DNA from: Candidatus Latescibacterota bacterium
Lineage (GTDB): Bacteria; Latescibacterota; UBA2968
Assembly (NCBI GenBank): GCA_965222605.1
Contig: OZ244960.1
Location: 2,144,001 to 2,208,000, forward strand
Length of the DNA: 64,000 nucleotides
Direction: 5' to 3'
Positions 40,301 to 48,883 of the stretch are shown one piece after another. The translations under genes and the position numbers were made by a program. A model generated the notes under the pieces. The model worked only from the letters and a program-made list of their open reading frames with translations. It was not told where the DNA came from and did not search any database. Positions within the stretch are counted from its first letter, which is position 1; each line of letters opens with the position of its first letter.

Positions 40301-40340
40301 CCTGGAAAGCCGCCTCTACGCCTTCGGCTTTGAGGACTGA
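34395..40340 (+). CDS. 1981-aa chimeric ORF: PcRGLX/YetA-like lyase-type module + sulfatase N-terminal fragment + GH32/43-like beta-propellers
   Basis: ATFGIPFEKG..PAQF..W..VRWL, EKSGPVRAVV, YGTWNFGD, RHVMDVD; internal MATDTRPNFILVMSDQQR..CIPARRAMMTG; C-terminal SPDALQW, SRDGRHY, LRVDGW. Confidence 0.75.
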   Translation: MVLNVWFHKMVVCMVLLTISRTEAVQRVPIHFEVPPEADTYTGIQPATFGIPFEKGQLRIGDGMQIVDSKGKTMPAQFEVTATWGPESTEVRWLLVDLLVQIRDGRAKDVFLEFGPKVGLEDSDPLARKTGDRITVNTGALECVLDSDAGVLGQFVLKDGSGKAFRATTKGSEIAVEKSGPVRAVVRMKGDYLAEDGQKLGEFITRVRFWKGQSYARIYHTLVWGGDQTSEIGCLTFVPEAVLPGAQITAGVDGARIIESDDLLLRQTDWNVVQGSAMGKHIDGWIQLGKKEKSLFLALRWPWQQYPTSISGKNGRIELSLIGPDKPMDLTAEEVAVPYVRPGMEKWNLRIFDSSKLWHADYNGPSARPHISPRGVAKTFEILIWYGEPDSETTPEVKNTFAQHPVLGFASPEFATKAMLPSPMSPKDKANFPLIEGALERAFHCVTRENAFDGDYGTWNFGDIQWSWIGRLGYTTYRYWMNHGKGWSIVPWVLWLRSGEREYWENGEANSRHVMDVDTCHIPEWEPAPDGKIRGGQYHYSALHWGYGPHVSSFFMDSEYLPYCYYLTGYERAKDILLDRVEALARDPWKERVLYFRQNPKKRSRHLYVLVKDLAVLYEATWDGRILPYLKEYLDLTLDAQISNGRFANIVSNHYLDQPLNIALRVFPGEKERILKALYEFQEYQGGPVRSRSGSAGIGPMSLWTTHTLSQDRNNPLYLETIAMTSMGQAWSVAENETIWNGLTEFDAHLAGPMLRDWVIAIADQAERGKNEESLTTGPPLFFNAQLPLPEGEDEGWEKSRGRHLVLALVKEGQPLTVNLHFMMHNQGRKNTLRVRVTDPENRRVADILREIENSYTEPEAVQGIAVQIPTGPGGVYAIELWSKVGAYPVRAESTDGKVVHVLPPGRRAVCSPTFGGQGWFRPKGNGEILIGYPGNFPGARVIAFDPSGRIAGASQIHSTRLVETNVGPLQRRNHMATDTRPNFILVMSDQQRGDCLGVDGHPCLLTPNLDALAGAGTRFPRAYSTCPSCIPARRAMMTGQFPSSWDETTREFFLTSNRTGDSMAQGSSHSEDGVLFNSRRFLLDEDVLPGSMFSGTIPHLNNGRSIARNGGGAWFCCFTIDRKERPLPVRQKRDWQILLAVSNKPVFQGSAFPEPVILVGESGSLFSSGTSRLGSSSLVIDPSDRLHLFYEQDEDIFHLHADASSPAPRERLADRSAWSGPEAVAEGASLGDIFLDTQDRLRLVYTRRGVLYQLLLGEGGEQKICDGGIHPSAHLDGDGTIHLAFERDRRIFYLRQGSDGLWTDSTGTPGPEMVAYFCSSWPSLATTTDGKIVIAYQGEGKTDLKQYPPLYAPLRVAGGSTVSYAVHNGEKWSIHDFLRSSEILLKRRPHHRHPQADPTFLPFMEEFWRPSLSVDPHGVVWMFYVNSTRRHIYWSRFQGKTFGTHHEARGPYDVMTRLMCLQKETSSRLGIGYLTFASNQVYFDVIQVSEYKSRDRRRIVFLDHLEVDHMIDLEPCIGMWEKHPGPVFGWGITGDTEDDNIAWCHVHRREDGFEMHYMGQGPELRSNALPGRAFSSDGGHWEKREPVVESGLTLDDRPMPSTFWRPIYLEDPDEEDPSRRFKGLIGRYRNDRGLELRVWDVITSPDALQWHTVDQPNVVGGDISIASHLYRDEEDPEPMRRYKFLAVTGCNSGRGVAAFTSPNLIHWDRAVYLRENTDDLLSPLCPYPTGPQPIDPDAAENPWEEEVHDAYIWREHGILMFHYDAFYFGANQHIEKALAVSRDGRHYWRVQRGAIDMPHGNCGEWDSGRNRTAVPIRVGDELWIFFCGMPAQFFGDSDTEGYMPPLWVDAWTFEKTRLRQEQRPWRVGLAKLRVDGWAYLQAVREAGCGYLTTIPFGYTGGNLVVNGSGLGPGGIQVEILTAEGLTLDGFGRDRCRFSEPDAVTSRVAWEGVGSLPHGRYRLKFTFEDLESRLYAFGFED

Positions 40341-40370
40341 AAATATTCTGGGTCGCTAAGGAGATCGTGG

Positions 40371-42797
40371 ATGGAAAACAACAAGGTGATCAACGGTGGA
40401 ATCGCGGCACCCCAGGAACCCGTACAGTCCGATTGGGTCGTGGGCTGGGAGGGCGGACAGGACGCCGAGCAGGCTGCCCGTGAGATGGCCAGAATAATGA
40501 GCCGCATTCTCGACAGAGAGGTTGCTGCTGCGTCCTGGTGTGCGACAGCGGCGCGGCACACATTCGTGGTCACGAATGCCGATCGCGCGCCCGCCGAGAT
40601 TGCGGCGCGCCTGGAGGGCAAGCGGCTGGACGCCTTTGCGATTCGATACCCGGTGAAACTGGAGAATCGCGAGGTCTGCCTTTTGGTTGCGAAACACGAG
40701 AAATCCTGCGACCTGCCGGTCTACGCCTTCCTCACCAAATACCTGGGCGCAGAATGGGTGGGGCCCGACCCACTCGGAGAGGTGCTGCCGTCGCTTCCGA
40801 ACTGGGAGATGCCTACGGTGATTGACGATTTCGAAAACCCCGCGTACGAGCACCGCTTCTGGCAGTCTCAGGGGATGAACGCGCGGAGGTGGCTGGGGTC
40901 CTGCTTCCACATGCAGTTCCACCACAACCTTCGGTCGGTGTTCGACCCGGACAAGTACGGCGATCGGGAGGAGTTGTATCCCTTTTACGGCGGCAAGCGT
41001 CACGTGCCGAGGGACGAGGAGAGCAAACGAGCGGGCTGGCAGCCCTGCACGAGCACCGACGAATCTGTCGAGGTGGCGGTACAGTACGGCCTGGATTACC
41101 TGCGGGAAAACACCGACAAGGTAAGCTTCAGCCTGTCGGTGAATGACGGCGGAAAAGGCTCGTGCATGTGCGAGGCCTGTATTGCTCAGGACCCTCCCGG
41201 CGCCCTGGACCGGGGGCAGCCGGACCTGACCGAGCGCTACTTCAAATTCTACAACGCCGTGGCCGAGCGAATCACCCGGGAAAAGCCGGACGCATACGTC
41301 GCGGTGCTGGGATACGGACGGTGTAAAAGCCCGCCGAAGGTGCTCAAAATCCATCCTCGGATCGCAGTGTTCAACGTGTGCAGCAACACGGAATGGGAGC
41401 CTAACGTGGCGGTGCGGCAAGAGGAATGGCAGGCCGCGGGGGCCATTCCCTGCCTGTATCAATGGCTCTGGGATACCGGTTTCCTGACAGTTCGCCACTT
41501 TCCCCACGCAGTCCAGGATGTGGTCAACCTGTCGCACGCGATGGGAGGTTTCGGATACTACTGCGAGGATATCACGATCTGGGCCGCAGGCGGACCGAAA
41601 TTCTACACGCTGGCGCGGCTACTCTGGGATACGAAAACGGACGTAGATGCAACAGTCGATCAGTATTTGCGCCTTGCTTACGGAGAGGCGTCTGTCCCGG
41701 CCATGCGGACCTACTTCCAGCGTTGGGAGAAAATCTGGGAACGCGGGGGCGAAGACATCCGCTATAACACCGGCCGTGGCTGGCGGTCGAAGGCGCATCT
41801 CGAGGACTTGAAAAGGGACGATCTGCTGGTGATGGATAAGGCGATTACCGAGGCATCGGCCGCGCCGGGGACCCTTGAAGAGAAGGCGCGAATGGACTAC
41901 GTACAAACCTACTACCGGTGGCTTCGCATCAATGCCGATCAGTACCTCGTGACACAGGAACTCTCGGATGAGACGTGGATCCTGGCTCGGACTCCCGAGG
42001 AGGTGATGTTGGAGGCGGAACGCGGCATCGGCCTGACATCTGCGTTCGAGGCCATGTGGAAGGAGATCATCTCGAAAGACCGCACGGGATGGCTGATGTC
42101 AGTTCGGTACTCGCCAGAGGAGACCTGGGACCGGTTCCTCAGGCCGCTGCGCCGAGAGGTCCTGGCGGGCTTCGACCCGTCGGTGGATGTGGCGTTCGAC
42201 GCCATCACGCATCACATGCTGGAATCACGCTCAAAGGAGGAGGTCGCGACTTTCTGGAGGGATCAGTTGAACTCCCACCCGGTCCTGGCACCCTGGATCC
42301 GCACGCAGATGCATCTCCTCGAGACAGGACCCGGCGAGAACCTCGTGGAGAACGCGGGCTTCGAAACGGGAGTGCCTGGACCGCCGCCCGAGATAGCGGG
42401 ATGGGAGCCCCACGGGGCCTGGCAAGATGTCCCCGCCATTCACGCGTGGAGCCCGCATGCCAGCCGGAACGGGAGCGAAGCCGCGGCTGTAGGGCGGGCC
42501 TACACCGGAGGGATTCGAACGAAGGTCCCCACGGTGAAAGGGAGGCGCTACAGGGCTTCTGGATGGTACCGTTCGGACTGGGAGGACGAGAAGGGCGAAC
42601 AGCGGCGGCCAATGTGGAGCATCGGCGGGATGCGGTGGCCGCTGCCACCGACGAAAAGCCAGTGGCGGCCATTCTACACGACCTTCACCGCAGACACCGA
42701 CGGCACGGTCATCGACCTGATCACCAACGGGTTAAACCGGGAGGAGTGGACGTGGTTCGATGATGTAGAAGTCGTTGAGATCTGTGGGAGCCCCTGA
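40371..42797 (+). CDS. DUF4838-like protein with C-terminal CBM4/9-like domain
   Basis: YAFLTKYLGAEW..P, QPCTS, SLSVNDG..CMCEAC, YTLARLLWD, ENLVENAGFE..WFDDVEV. Confidence 0.7.
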   Translation: MENNKVINGGIAAPQEPVQSDWVVGWEGGQDAEQAAREMARIMSRILDREVAAASWCATAARHTFVVTNADRAPAEIAARLEGKRLDAFAIRYPVKLENREVCLLVAKHEKSCDLPVYAFLTKYLGAEWVGPDPLGEVLPSLPNWEMPTVIDDFENPAYEHRFWQSQGMNARRWLGSCFHMQFHHNLRSVFDPDKYGDREELYPFYGGKRHVPRDEESKRAGWQPCTSTDESVEVAVQYGLDYLRENTDKVSFSLSVNDGGKGSCMCEACIAQDPPGALDRGQPDLTERYFKFYNAVAERITREKPDAYVAVLGYGRCKSPPKVLKIHPRIAVFNVCSNTEWEPNVAVRQEEWQAAGAIPCLYQWLWDTGFLTVRHFPHAVQDVVNLSHAMGGFGYYCEDITIWAAGGPKFYTLARLLWDTKTDVDATVDQYLRLAYGEASVPAMRTYFQRWEKIWERGGEDIRYNTGRGWRSKAHLEDLKRDDLLVMDKAITEASAAPGTLEEKARMDYVQTYYRWLRINADQYLVTQELSDETWILARTPEEVMLEAERGIGLTSAFEAMWKEIISKDRTGWLMSVRYSPEETWDRFLRPLRREVLAGFDPSVDVAFDAITHHMLESRSKEEVATFWRDQLNSHPVLAPWIRTQMHLLETGPGENLVENAGFETGVPGPPPEIAGWEPHGAWQDVPAIHAWSPHASRNGSEAAAVGRAYTGGIRTKVPTVKGRRYRASGWYRSDWEDEKGEQRRPMWSIGGMRWPLPPTKSQWRPFYTTFTADTDGTVIDLITNGLNREEWTWFDDVEVVEICGSP

Positions 42798-42870
42798 CCT
42801 TGATCAATGGCAGGCTTTTTTAGAAGACCTTTTGCCCCTGATAAAACGCACCGACACCGCGGAAAACCGA

Positions 42871-45306
42871 TCACCGCCCCCGACCATAGGAAAAGACCAC
42901 CTCCCGAGATTCGGTCTGTCTGCTTACGAGGTCGGTAACTGTAACCTCGAGGGCTTTGAACCCTAGATTAGTCTTTCTAAGGTCGAGTTCAAAGTAGGCT
43001 GTTTCAACGTCCTCAGACGAACCAATCTGTTCATAATTGATCGCCACCTGTGGTTTGCGGTTTCTGAGAAGCGAGCGCAATCCAGATGTCAATATGCCGA
43101 GGGCGCCGATAGATGATTCGGATACTGGCCGGACTCGAAACTGCGTTCTGTACCGGGTCTGACCAAATTCATCGCTTTTCAGGTTATAGATTTCAAAAAA
43201 CACAAAAACCTTCTGACCTTCGCCGTAGGTACGTGTGGGCATGGGAATAATCCAGACATCTCCCTTTCTGAATTTCTCCACCGAACCCGTATCGGCGATT
43301 GTTGCAGCCATCTGGATATCGCTGATACGAAGATGCTCATCGGAGAAGTCGGACACTTGCAGGGATTGCCGATAGATTCCGGTTCGACTGCTGGAAATGT
43401 CCTTCACCTGGACCTGAAGTTCGTACTTACCTGGCGGGACCTGTAGCCGAAGTATTTCGGGCATGAAGGATCCCTTTTTCTCATCGAAATCACTGGACAC
43501 CCTGTATGTCTGCTCAATGGCGTTTCTGTGAATCTCTCTGAATCCGCTTGAGGCCAGAGCAACGGCACAACGGGCATAGGCAAACGCGGAGTCCGCATCC
43601 TGGTGAAGTTGAATCTGTTCGCCTGGAATTGCGTAGTAGATTTCCAGGTTCGTGCTCCCCTCCTCTCCGCGGAATCCAGCAAAGTCATAATAGAAGTCCA
43701 GGGGGGCATGCTGAAAAGAAGGACGGTAATGATCGGGAATGGTAGCAACCGCGTTCTGGAATACGACATGCGGTGCGAAATCGGAAATCAGCGCCAGTTG
43801 TGAAACATCTGCATCCAGGTTTGGCGGAGGAATTGGAGCAAACCCAAAATTGCCGGTGCCCCGGTCATCCGTAAATGTAATCTCGAACCCCCTCCCAATC
43901 CCGGTATAAGTCCACGTCTCCCAGGGAATGGTCGCCGATTCATTTCCCAATGTAACGGGTGAATAACCCCCAAAATTCAATTTCTTTTCCAGGTTGCCGA
44001 TCAAAAATTCGTTCTCTGTTTTCTGGGGTATTTCCTCCAGTTCTTCTTCTGGATCCGGAAGAGCCGGGATATCGGCATCCAGTTCCTCAACGGAGGATCC
44101 AGGTTGGCTGGATACGTCTGATTGTGCATCATCCGAATCGGCTCCAAATCGCACCGCCTCGCCAGGACTTCGGCGCGAGCGGACAGGAAAAATCGGACCC
44201 GTAAAGGTCAGATAAGCCGCATCGGGGCCGTACAGAGCCGTTGCCATTCGCGTGCGGACCGTTTCCACATTGGGATCGGAAGTAAAATGTCTTCGGGTTG
44301 ACATCGAGCGATAATCGGGTTCACCATATCGGACATAGACTTTGCCCCGCTGGTCCCAGGGCCGAATACCATTGAAAAAAAAGGTCCGAGCATACCAGAC
44401 GCGGCGGTAATGCTCAATGATTCTCTCATTGATACGGGTGAGAATATCAGAATCACGCTGATTCCAGAAATTCTGCAAATAATCCGTTTTATCCGATTCC
44501 GGCGTCGCGCGGTATTCCTCGAGTTCTCTATCGGAAGCTACCATAGAGATATCTGTATAGAACATTCGTTCCGACTCATCAAGTCTTTGGAGATACCGCT
44601 CAAATACCTCAAGCGCTTGAACATAGCGTTCATTCAAAAAGTGGGACTGAGCTACAATCGGTAAAATCTTCGTCGCTTCTGGATGGGTGTTCAGGAAGGG
44701 CGCAATGAACCGATCGACTTTCTCGTAGTCCCCGGCCCGCACGCAGGCCAGGCCGAAATAATAGAGTCCGTCGGGATTGTCAGGTTCCAATAAAACATAT
44801 CGCGTGAAGTATCCAATCGCTTTTTCAGGGTTTTCCTCGAAGCGACTGTAAATTTCACCCAGGAGTCGATAAGCAGGACCATATGTGGAATCGATTTTGA
44901 CGGCCTGCTTTGCCTCTCTTATGGCCCGACGATAGTTGTAGAATGCACCTAACCCCCGTGCGGGTTCTTCCACGTACGCAATCCCCAATCCGACATACGC
45001 TTCCAGGTAATTCTCATCAATCGACTTTGCCCTTTTGAAAGCCCTCTGGGCCTCCGCATAATGACCTGCCCGAAGAAAGCTATTTCCCAGTTGGGTCATG
45101 AGTTCGGCTTCATTGCGACCAGATTTCAGGAGAAGGCGCAACGTCTCACCAGCTTCTTTCTCCTGATTTACCATAACCTGGTGTTTCCACAAGGCGAGAA
45201 GGGAATCGCTCTCCTGGGGACTGATGGAGATAGTCTTAGACGACTCCCCCGATAGGGGAATTAGAACCCAAAAAATCAAGATCAAGACTCCCCGCTTTGA
45301 AAACAT
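42871..45306 (-). CDS. TPR + GWxTD-domain protein
   Basis: Signal peptide, about 5 TPRs, FWNQRD..NERIIEHYRRV, PWDQRGKVYVRYGEPD (GWxTDRG variant), WETWTY, ISDIQMA. Confidence 0.8.
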   Translation of the reverse strand: MFSKRGVLILIFWVLIPLSGESSKTISISPQESDSLLALWKHQVMVNQEKEAGETLRLLLKSGRNEAELMTQLGNSFLRAGHYAEAQRAFKRAKSIDENYLEAYVGLGIAYVEEPARGLGAFYNYRRAIREAKQAVKIDSTYGPAYRLLGEIYSRFEENPEKAIGYFTRYVLLEPDNPDGLYYFGLACVRAGDYEKVDRFIAPFLNTHPEATKILPIVAQSHFLNERYVQALEVFERYLQRLDESERMFYTDISMVASDRELEEYRATPESDKTDYLQNFWNQRDSDILTRINERIIEHYRRVWYARTFFFNGIRPWDQRGKVYVRYGEPDYRSMSTRRHFTSDPNVETVRTRMATALYGPDAAYLTFTGPIFPVRSRRSPGEAVRFGADSDDAQSDVSSQPGSSVEELDADIPALPDPEEELEEIPQKTENEFLIGNLEKKLNFGGYSPVTLGNESATIPWETWTYTGIGRGFEITFTDDRGTGNFGFAPIPPPNLDADVSQLALISDFAPHVVFQNAVATIPDHYRPSFQHAPLDFYYDFAGFRGEEGSTNLEIYYAIPGEQIQLHQDADSAFAYARCAVALASSGFREIHRNAIEQTYRVSSDFDEKKGSFMPEILRLQVPPGKYELQVQVKDISSSRTGIYRQSLQVSDFSDEHLRISDIQMAATIADTGSVEKFRKGDVWIIPMPTRTYGEGQKVFVFFEIYNLKSDEFGQTRYRTQFRVRPVSESSIGALGILTSGLRSLLRNRKPQVAINYEQIGSSEDVETAYFELDLRKTNLGFKALEVTVTDLVSRQTESREVVFSYGRGR

Positions 45307-45396
45307 TTTTAGCCCTCTCAATTTCTTCCCGTGATCTCCTGCAACGCTTCAATATCCTCCTGGAAAATCTTTCGCAGTGAGTCCCACATCCTATTC

Positions 45397-46263
45397 CTAT
45401 CCAATCGCTGATCGCTTTGGCAGCGCGGCTCTAAACGCCGCCACACTCTCCCATTCAGGACCCAGCGCGTGCCGCGAGTATATCGGATCTGGATGCCGAT
45501 ACATCAGATGCGCAGTGCGCCGAATCCGCTGCGTCTGCCGGACAGTCCCGCAGTGATAACTGGCAATATTGAACACCACCGCAGACCCCGCCGGAGCATG
45601 GACATCGGCCCGACCAATACGTCGAGGATTTGTGCGACCAAAAGAATCTGTCCAGATCGGTTTATCCGGATCGACATACGCCGTCTCACTATCGGCAATC
45701 CGCAAAACACCCTCACCCCATCCGCTCTTGCCATCCCGCGTCTTGGGCAGTTGTCTCTTGGTCTCCGCACTCTCTGGAATAAGGCTCGTACAGTGGGACT
45801 CGGCATCCACATCGTCCAGATAGTAAATCACCTGTATCGCCGGAGCGAAAAACTCATTTCGATCAGCACCCTCCACAATACCGTTGTACTCCCGGTGCCA
45901 CTGCCGCGAGAGACAGAGCGGATCGCCGCCGTCAATATCCTCCGGCGGCTCGGCAGCACACGGCTCGCGCCGCAAAAAACTCAGACTGCTAAACTGAACA
46001 CCCTCTCCGAGAATGCGGCGCACCAGTGGCGCAATCGACGGATGGTGAACCACGCCATCCAGCGCCTCTGTCCTGTGCATCAACTCCGGTGCCCTGCAGC
46101 CTACCGCTATATGCCCCGGACGCGGTCCAGGCTCCCATTCCTTTGGGTGCGCGGCCACATCGGCATCAATCCCCTCGTTAATCGCCGCCACCTCCTCCGG
46201 TGAAAGTGCCCCCTGCACCACGACATACCCATTCTCCGCGAAACATCTCAGTTTCTCGTCCAT
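45397..46263 (-). CDS. PhyH-family Fe(II)/2-oxoglutarate dioxygenase
   Basis: FAENGYVVV, WHRE, YYLDDVD, PAGSAVVFN..YHCG, RRT. Confidence 0.8.
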   Translation of the reverse strand: MDEKLRCFAENGYVVVQGALSPEEVAAINEGIDADVAAHPKEWEPGPRPGHIAVGCRAPELMHRTEALDGVVHHPSIAPLVRRILGEGVQFSSLSFLRREPCAAEPPEDIDGGDPLCLSRQWHREYNGIVEGADRNEFFAPAIQVIYYLDDVDAESHCTSLIPESAETKRQLPKTRDGKSGWGEGVLRIADSETAYVDPDKPIWTDSFGRTNPRRIGRADVHAPAGSAVVFNIASYHCGTVRQTQRIRRTAHLMYRHPDPIYSRHALGPEWESVAAFRAALPKRSAIG

Positions 46264-46291
46264 CGCATCGCTCCTTTAAAAAGACACCGTA

Positions 46292-47389
46292 TCAAACCGA
46301 ATATCTCTCAAGAACATCCCGATCAATCTCAATCCCCAGCCCGGGACCCTGAGGAACCGCGAGAAAACCATCCACGGGCAAAATAGGCTCTTTGGCCAAT
46401 TCTGTTCGAAGCCCATTTTCAGTCATATCGCATTCAAAAAAAGAAGGGACTGGATTCATGGAACCGAACGCATCTGGCATCGACGCCTGCCAGTGCAGGG
46501 TAGCGACAAGGCCAACGACTGCCCCCCACATATGCGGCATAACCTGGATATAATTGGCACTGGCCATCGCCACAACCTTTCTCGCCTCGGTAAACCCGCC
46601 GACAATCGCAATATCCGGCTGCACGATATCCACTGCTCTTCGCTGTATAAACTCTCGAAATGCCCACCGCCCCTGCAAACCCTCGCATCCCGCAATCCGC
46701 ATCCCGAGCGCCCTTTTAATTTCTACATACCCGGCCACATCATCCCTCGAAATCGGTTCTTCAAACCAGAACAGATCGTACGCATCCATCTTGCGTCCCA
46801 CCTCTATCGCCGTACCCACATCATAGGCGAGATTTGCATCCACACACAAAAGAATATCATCGCCAATCGCTTTCCGCACAGCAGCCACATTCTTCTCATC
46901 ATAAACCTTCCCAAGCCCAACCTTCATCTTCATCGCGGGAAAACCCTGATCCACATATCCTTTGGCCTCATCCATCAATGCCTGTGTGTTATCCGGCCTG
47001 TCTTTCCTAAACAACCCGCTGGCATAGCAGGGGATACGGTCCCGAAATGCGCCCCCCAGAAGGCGATAAACCGGCACATCAAGCGCCTTTCCCATAATAT
47101 CCCACAACGCAATATCCACGCCGCTGGTCGCGCCCACATTTCTCAGATTCCTCGCATTATTCAGCGCGTCCCAGATCACTTCGCAATCGAACGGATCCTT
47201 CCCAATCACATGCCGCTGAATATCCGACTCACTCAGCGACCCCGTCCCCTGCCCCCATCCCGTAATGCCCGCATCGGTGAAAACCTCCGCCAGAATAGAT
47301 GACCGCGCCGTATTCCACGTAAAAGAATTTCCGTACTTCTCGGTCACAGGATAGCGCAAACGATGATATTTAACCTCGGTAATCTTCAT
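46292..47389 (-). CDS. Mandelate racemase/muconate lactonizing enzyme family (sugar-acid dehydratase/cycloisomerase-like)
   Basis: GVDIALWDIMGK, KMKVG, VDAN, WFEEP, VQPD, MPH, PQGPGLG. Confidence 0.9.
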   Translation of the reverse strand: MKITEVKYHRLRYPVTEKYGNSFTWNTARSSILAEVFTDAGITGWGQGTGSLSESDIQRHVIGKDPFDCEVIWDALNNARNLRNVGATSGVDIALWDIMGKALDVPVYRLLGGAFRDRIPCYASGLFRKDRPDNTQALMDEAKGYVDQGFPAMKMKVGLGKVYDEKNVAAVRKAIGDDILLCVDANLAYDVGTAIEVGRKMDAYDLFWFEEPISRDDVAGYVEIKRALGMRIAGCEGLQGRWAFREFIQRRAVDIVQPDIAIVGGFTEARKVVAMASANYIQVMPHMWGAVVGLVATLHWQASMPDAFGSMNPVPSFFECDMTENGLRTELAKEPILPVDGFLAVPQGPGLGIEIDRDVLERYSV

Positions 47390-47522
47390 ATTCTCCCCCA
47401 ACGACTATACATCCCCAAAATCCACATCCGCCGCATCGGTACAACATATAAACCCGCCCGAAAATACAACCCCATTTTACCAAAGTCAACCAACACCGAA
47501 CTTCAGAATTTCCCTCTTTCTG

Positions 47523-47586
47523 ATCTAACTTGCTATTCATTTCGACCTTGCCCATATTCTAATAAACAAACCGATCCAGAAATCTC
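47523..47586 (+). repeat. Duplicated promoter-bearing segment, copy 1 (copy 2 at 48786-48850)
   Basis: atctaacTTGCTAttcatttcgaccttgccCATATTctaataaacaaaccgatccagaaatctc; -35/-10 spaced 17 nt. Confidence 0.8.
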
Positions 47587-47604
47587 CATCGCAAGGAGAA
47601 CGCA

Positions 47605-48687
47605 ATGGCCGAACCCAGAGGCAAAGCCTTTCAGACCGTGCGAGATACCGCTCCCAGAAATACCTATCGAGGCGCTGTTATAGGATGCGGCAGAATGGGA
47701 AGCACCATTGACGACGAACACATTGGAATGCCCCATTACCCATGGCCCTGGGCACACGCGCCTGCAATGATTGAAGCCAGGGGAATTGATCTCGTTGCCG
47801 CCGCTGATGAGGATCCCGCTAAACTCGAGGACTTCAAACAGCGCTGGGACGTATCAGCCCTCTACACCGATTACCGGGAGATGATCGAAAAAGAACAGAT
47901 CGACGTGGTCTGTCTGACCACCCGCCCCGAACCTCGCGCTGAAATCACGGTCGGTCTGGCCGAACTGGGGGTCAAAGCCATTTTTGCCACCAAACCGATG
48001 TGCCGCACGCTGGCCGATGCCGATACCATGATCGATACCTGCGCCAGGAACGGCGTCATCCTCACAATGGCCTGTCATCTCAACTGGTATAGCTACTACA
48101 CAAACGCCCGCCGGCTCATTGCCGACGGCGCCATTGGTCCCTTAAAATCAATGATCTGCCACAGTCCCTCGAACCTTTCCAATATTCAAAGCCACACCCT
48201 ATCCTTACTCCGCCTCTTTGCCGGTGCTCCAGCCCAATGGGTAGTCGGCCTTATCGACACAGACAAACAAGCCCAGTCTAATTCCGACATTCCAGGATCG
48301 GGAATCATCGTATATGAAAACGGCATCCGCACCATCTTAAACTCCCGCTCCGAAACCATGCCTTTTGCCTGGTCCCTGGAGTTCATCGGCGAAACCGGCC
48401 GCATTATCTCCCGCAACGCCCATGCCCAGTTTGAGATATGGACCCCACATCCCGAAACCGGTGCGCCCACCCAGACGCACCTCCCGGGACCCTGGCATCC
48501 CAGAAGCTCAATGGTTGACGCCATCGAAGGCGTCTGTCGCTCTATTGAACAGGGGCGCGAAGACATCTGCCCCGGCGAGTTTGGCCGCGAAGCTCTTGAA
48601 ATCGGCATTGCCATAAGAGAATCTCACCGCCGCGGCAACATCCGCATTGACCTGCCCCTTGAAGACCGCAGCCTCCGGATGGGGTAA
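47605..48687 (+). CDS. Gfo/Idh/MocA family oxidoreductase
   Basis: AVIGCGRMG, LYTDYREMI, ATKPM (EKP variant), LIADGAIG. Confidence 0.88.
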   Translation: MAEPRGKAFQTVRDTAPRNTYRGAVIGCGRMGSTIDDEHIGMPHYPWPWAHAPAMIEARGIDLVAAADEDPAKLEDFKQRWDVSALYTDYREMIEKEQIDVVCLTTRPEPRAEITVGLAELGVKAIFATKPMCRTLADADTMIDTCARNGVILTMACHLNWYSYYTNARRLIADGAIGPLKSMICHSPSNLSNIQSHTLSLLRLFAGAPAQWVVGLIDTDKQAQSNSDIPGSGIIVYENGIRTILNSRSETMPFAWSLEFIGETGRIISRNAHAQFEIWTPHPETGAPTQTHLPGPWHPRSSMVDAIEGVCRSIEQGREDICPGEFGREALEIGIAIRESHRRGNIRIDLPLEDRSLRMG

Positions 48688-48785
48688 TCTGATCTTGTCA
48701 ACTGTTTAAGAGATATATTTCTGAAAAAAGTCAGTAATCTTGCGGTATTATTACTCGCAACCAACATGTATAACGTCAATTTCTT

Positions 48786-48850
48786 ATCTGGACTTGCTAC
48801 TTATACCGACCTTGCCCATATTTTAATGGACAAACTGATCCAGAAATTTC
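48786..48850 (+). repeat. Duplicated promoter-bearing segment, copy 2
   Basis: atctggacTTGCTActtataccgaccttgccCATATTttaatggacaaactgatccagaaatttc. Confidence 0.8.
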
Positions 48851-48883
48851 TGTTGTTCACCCTCTTTACACAGGATTAGTAAA

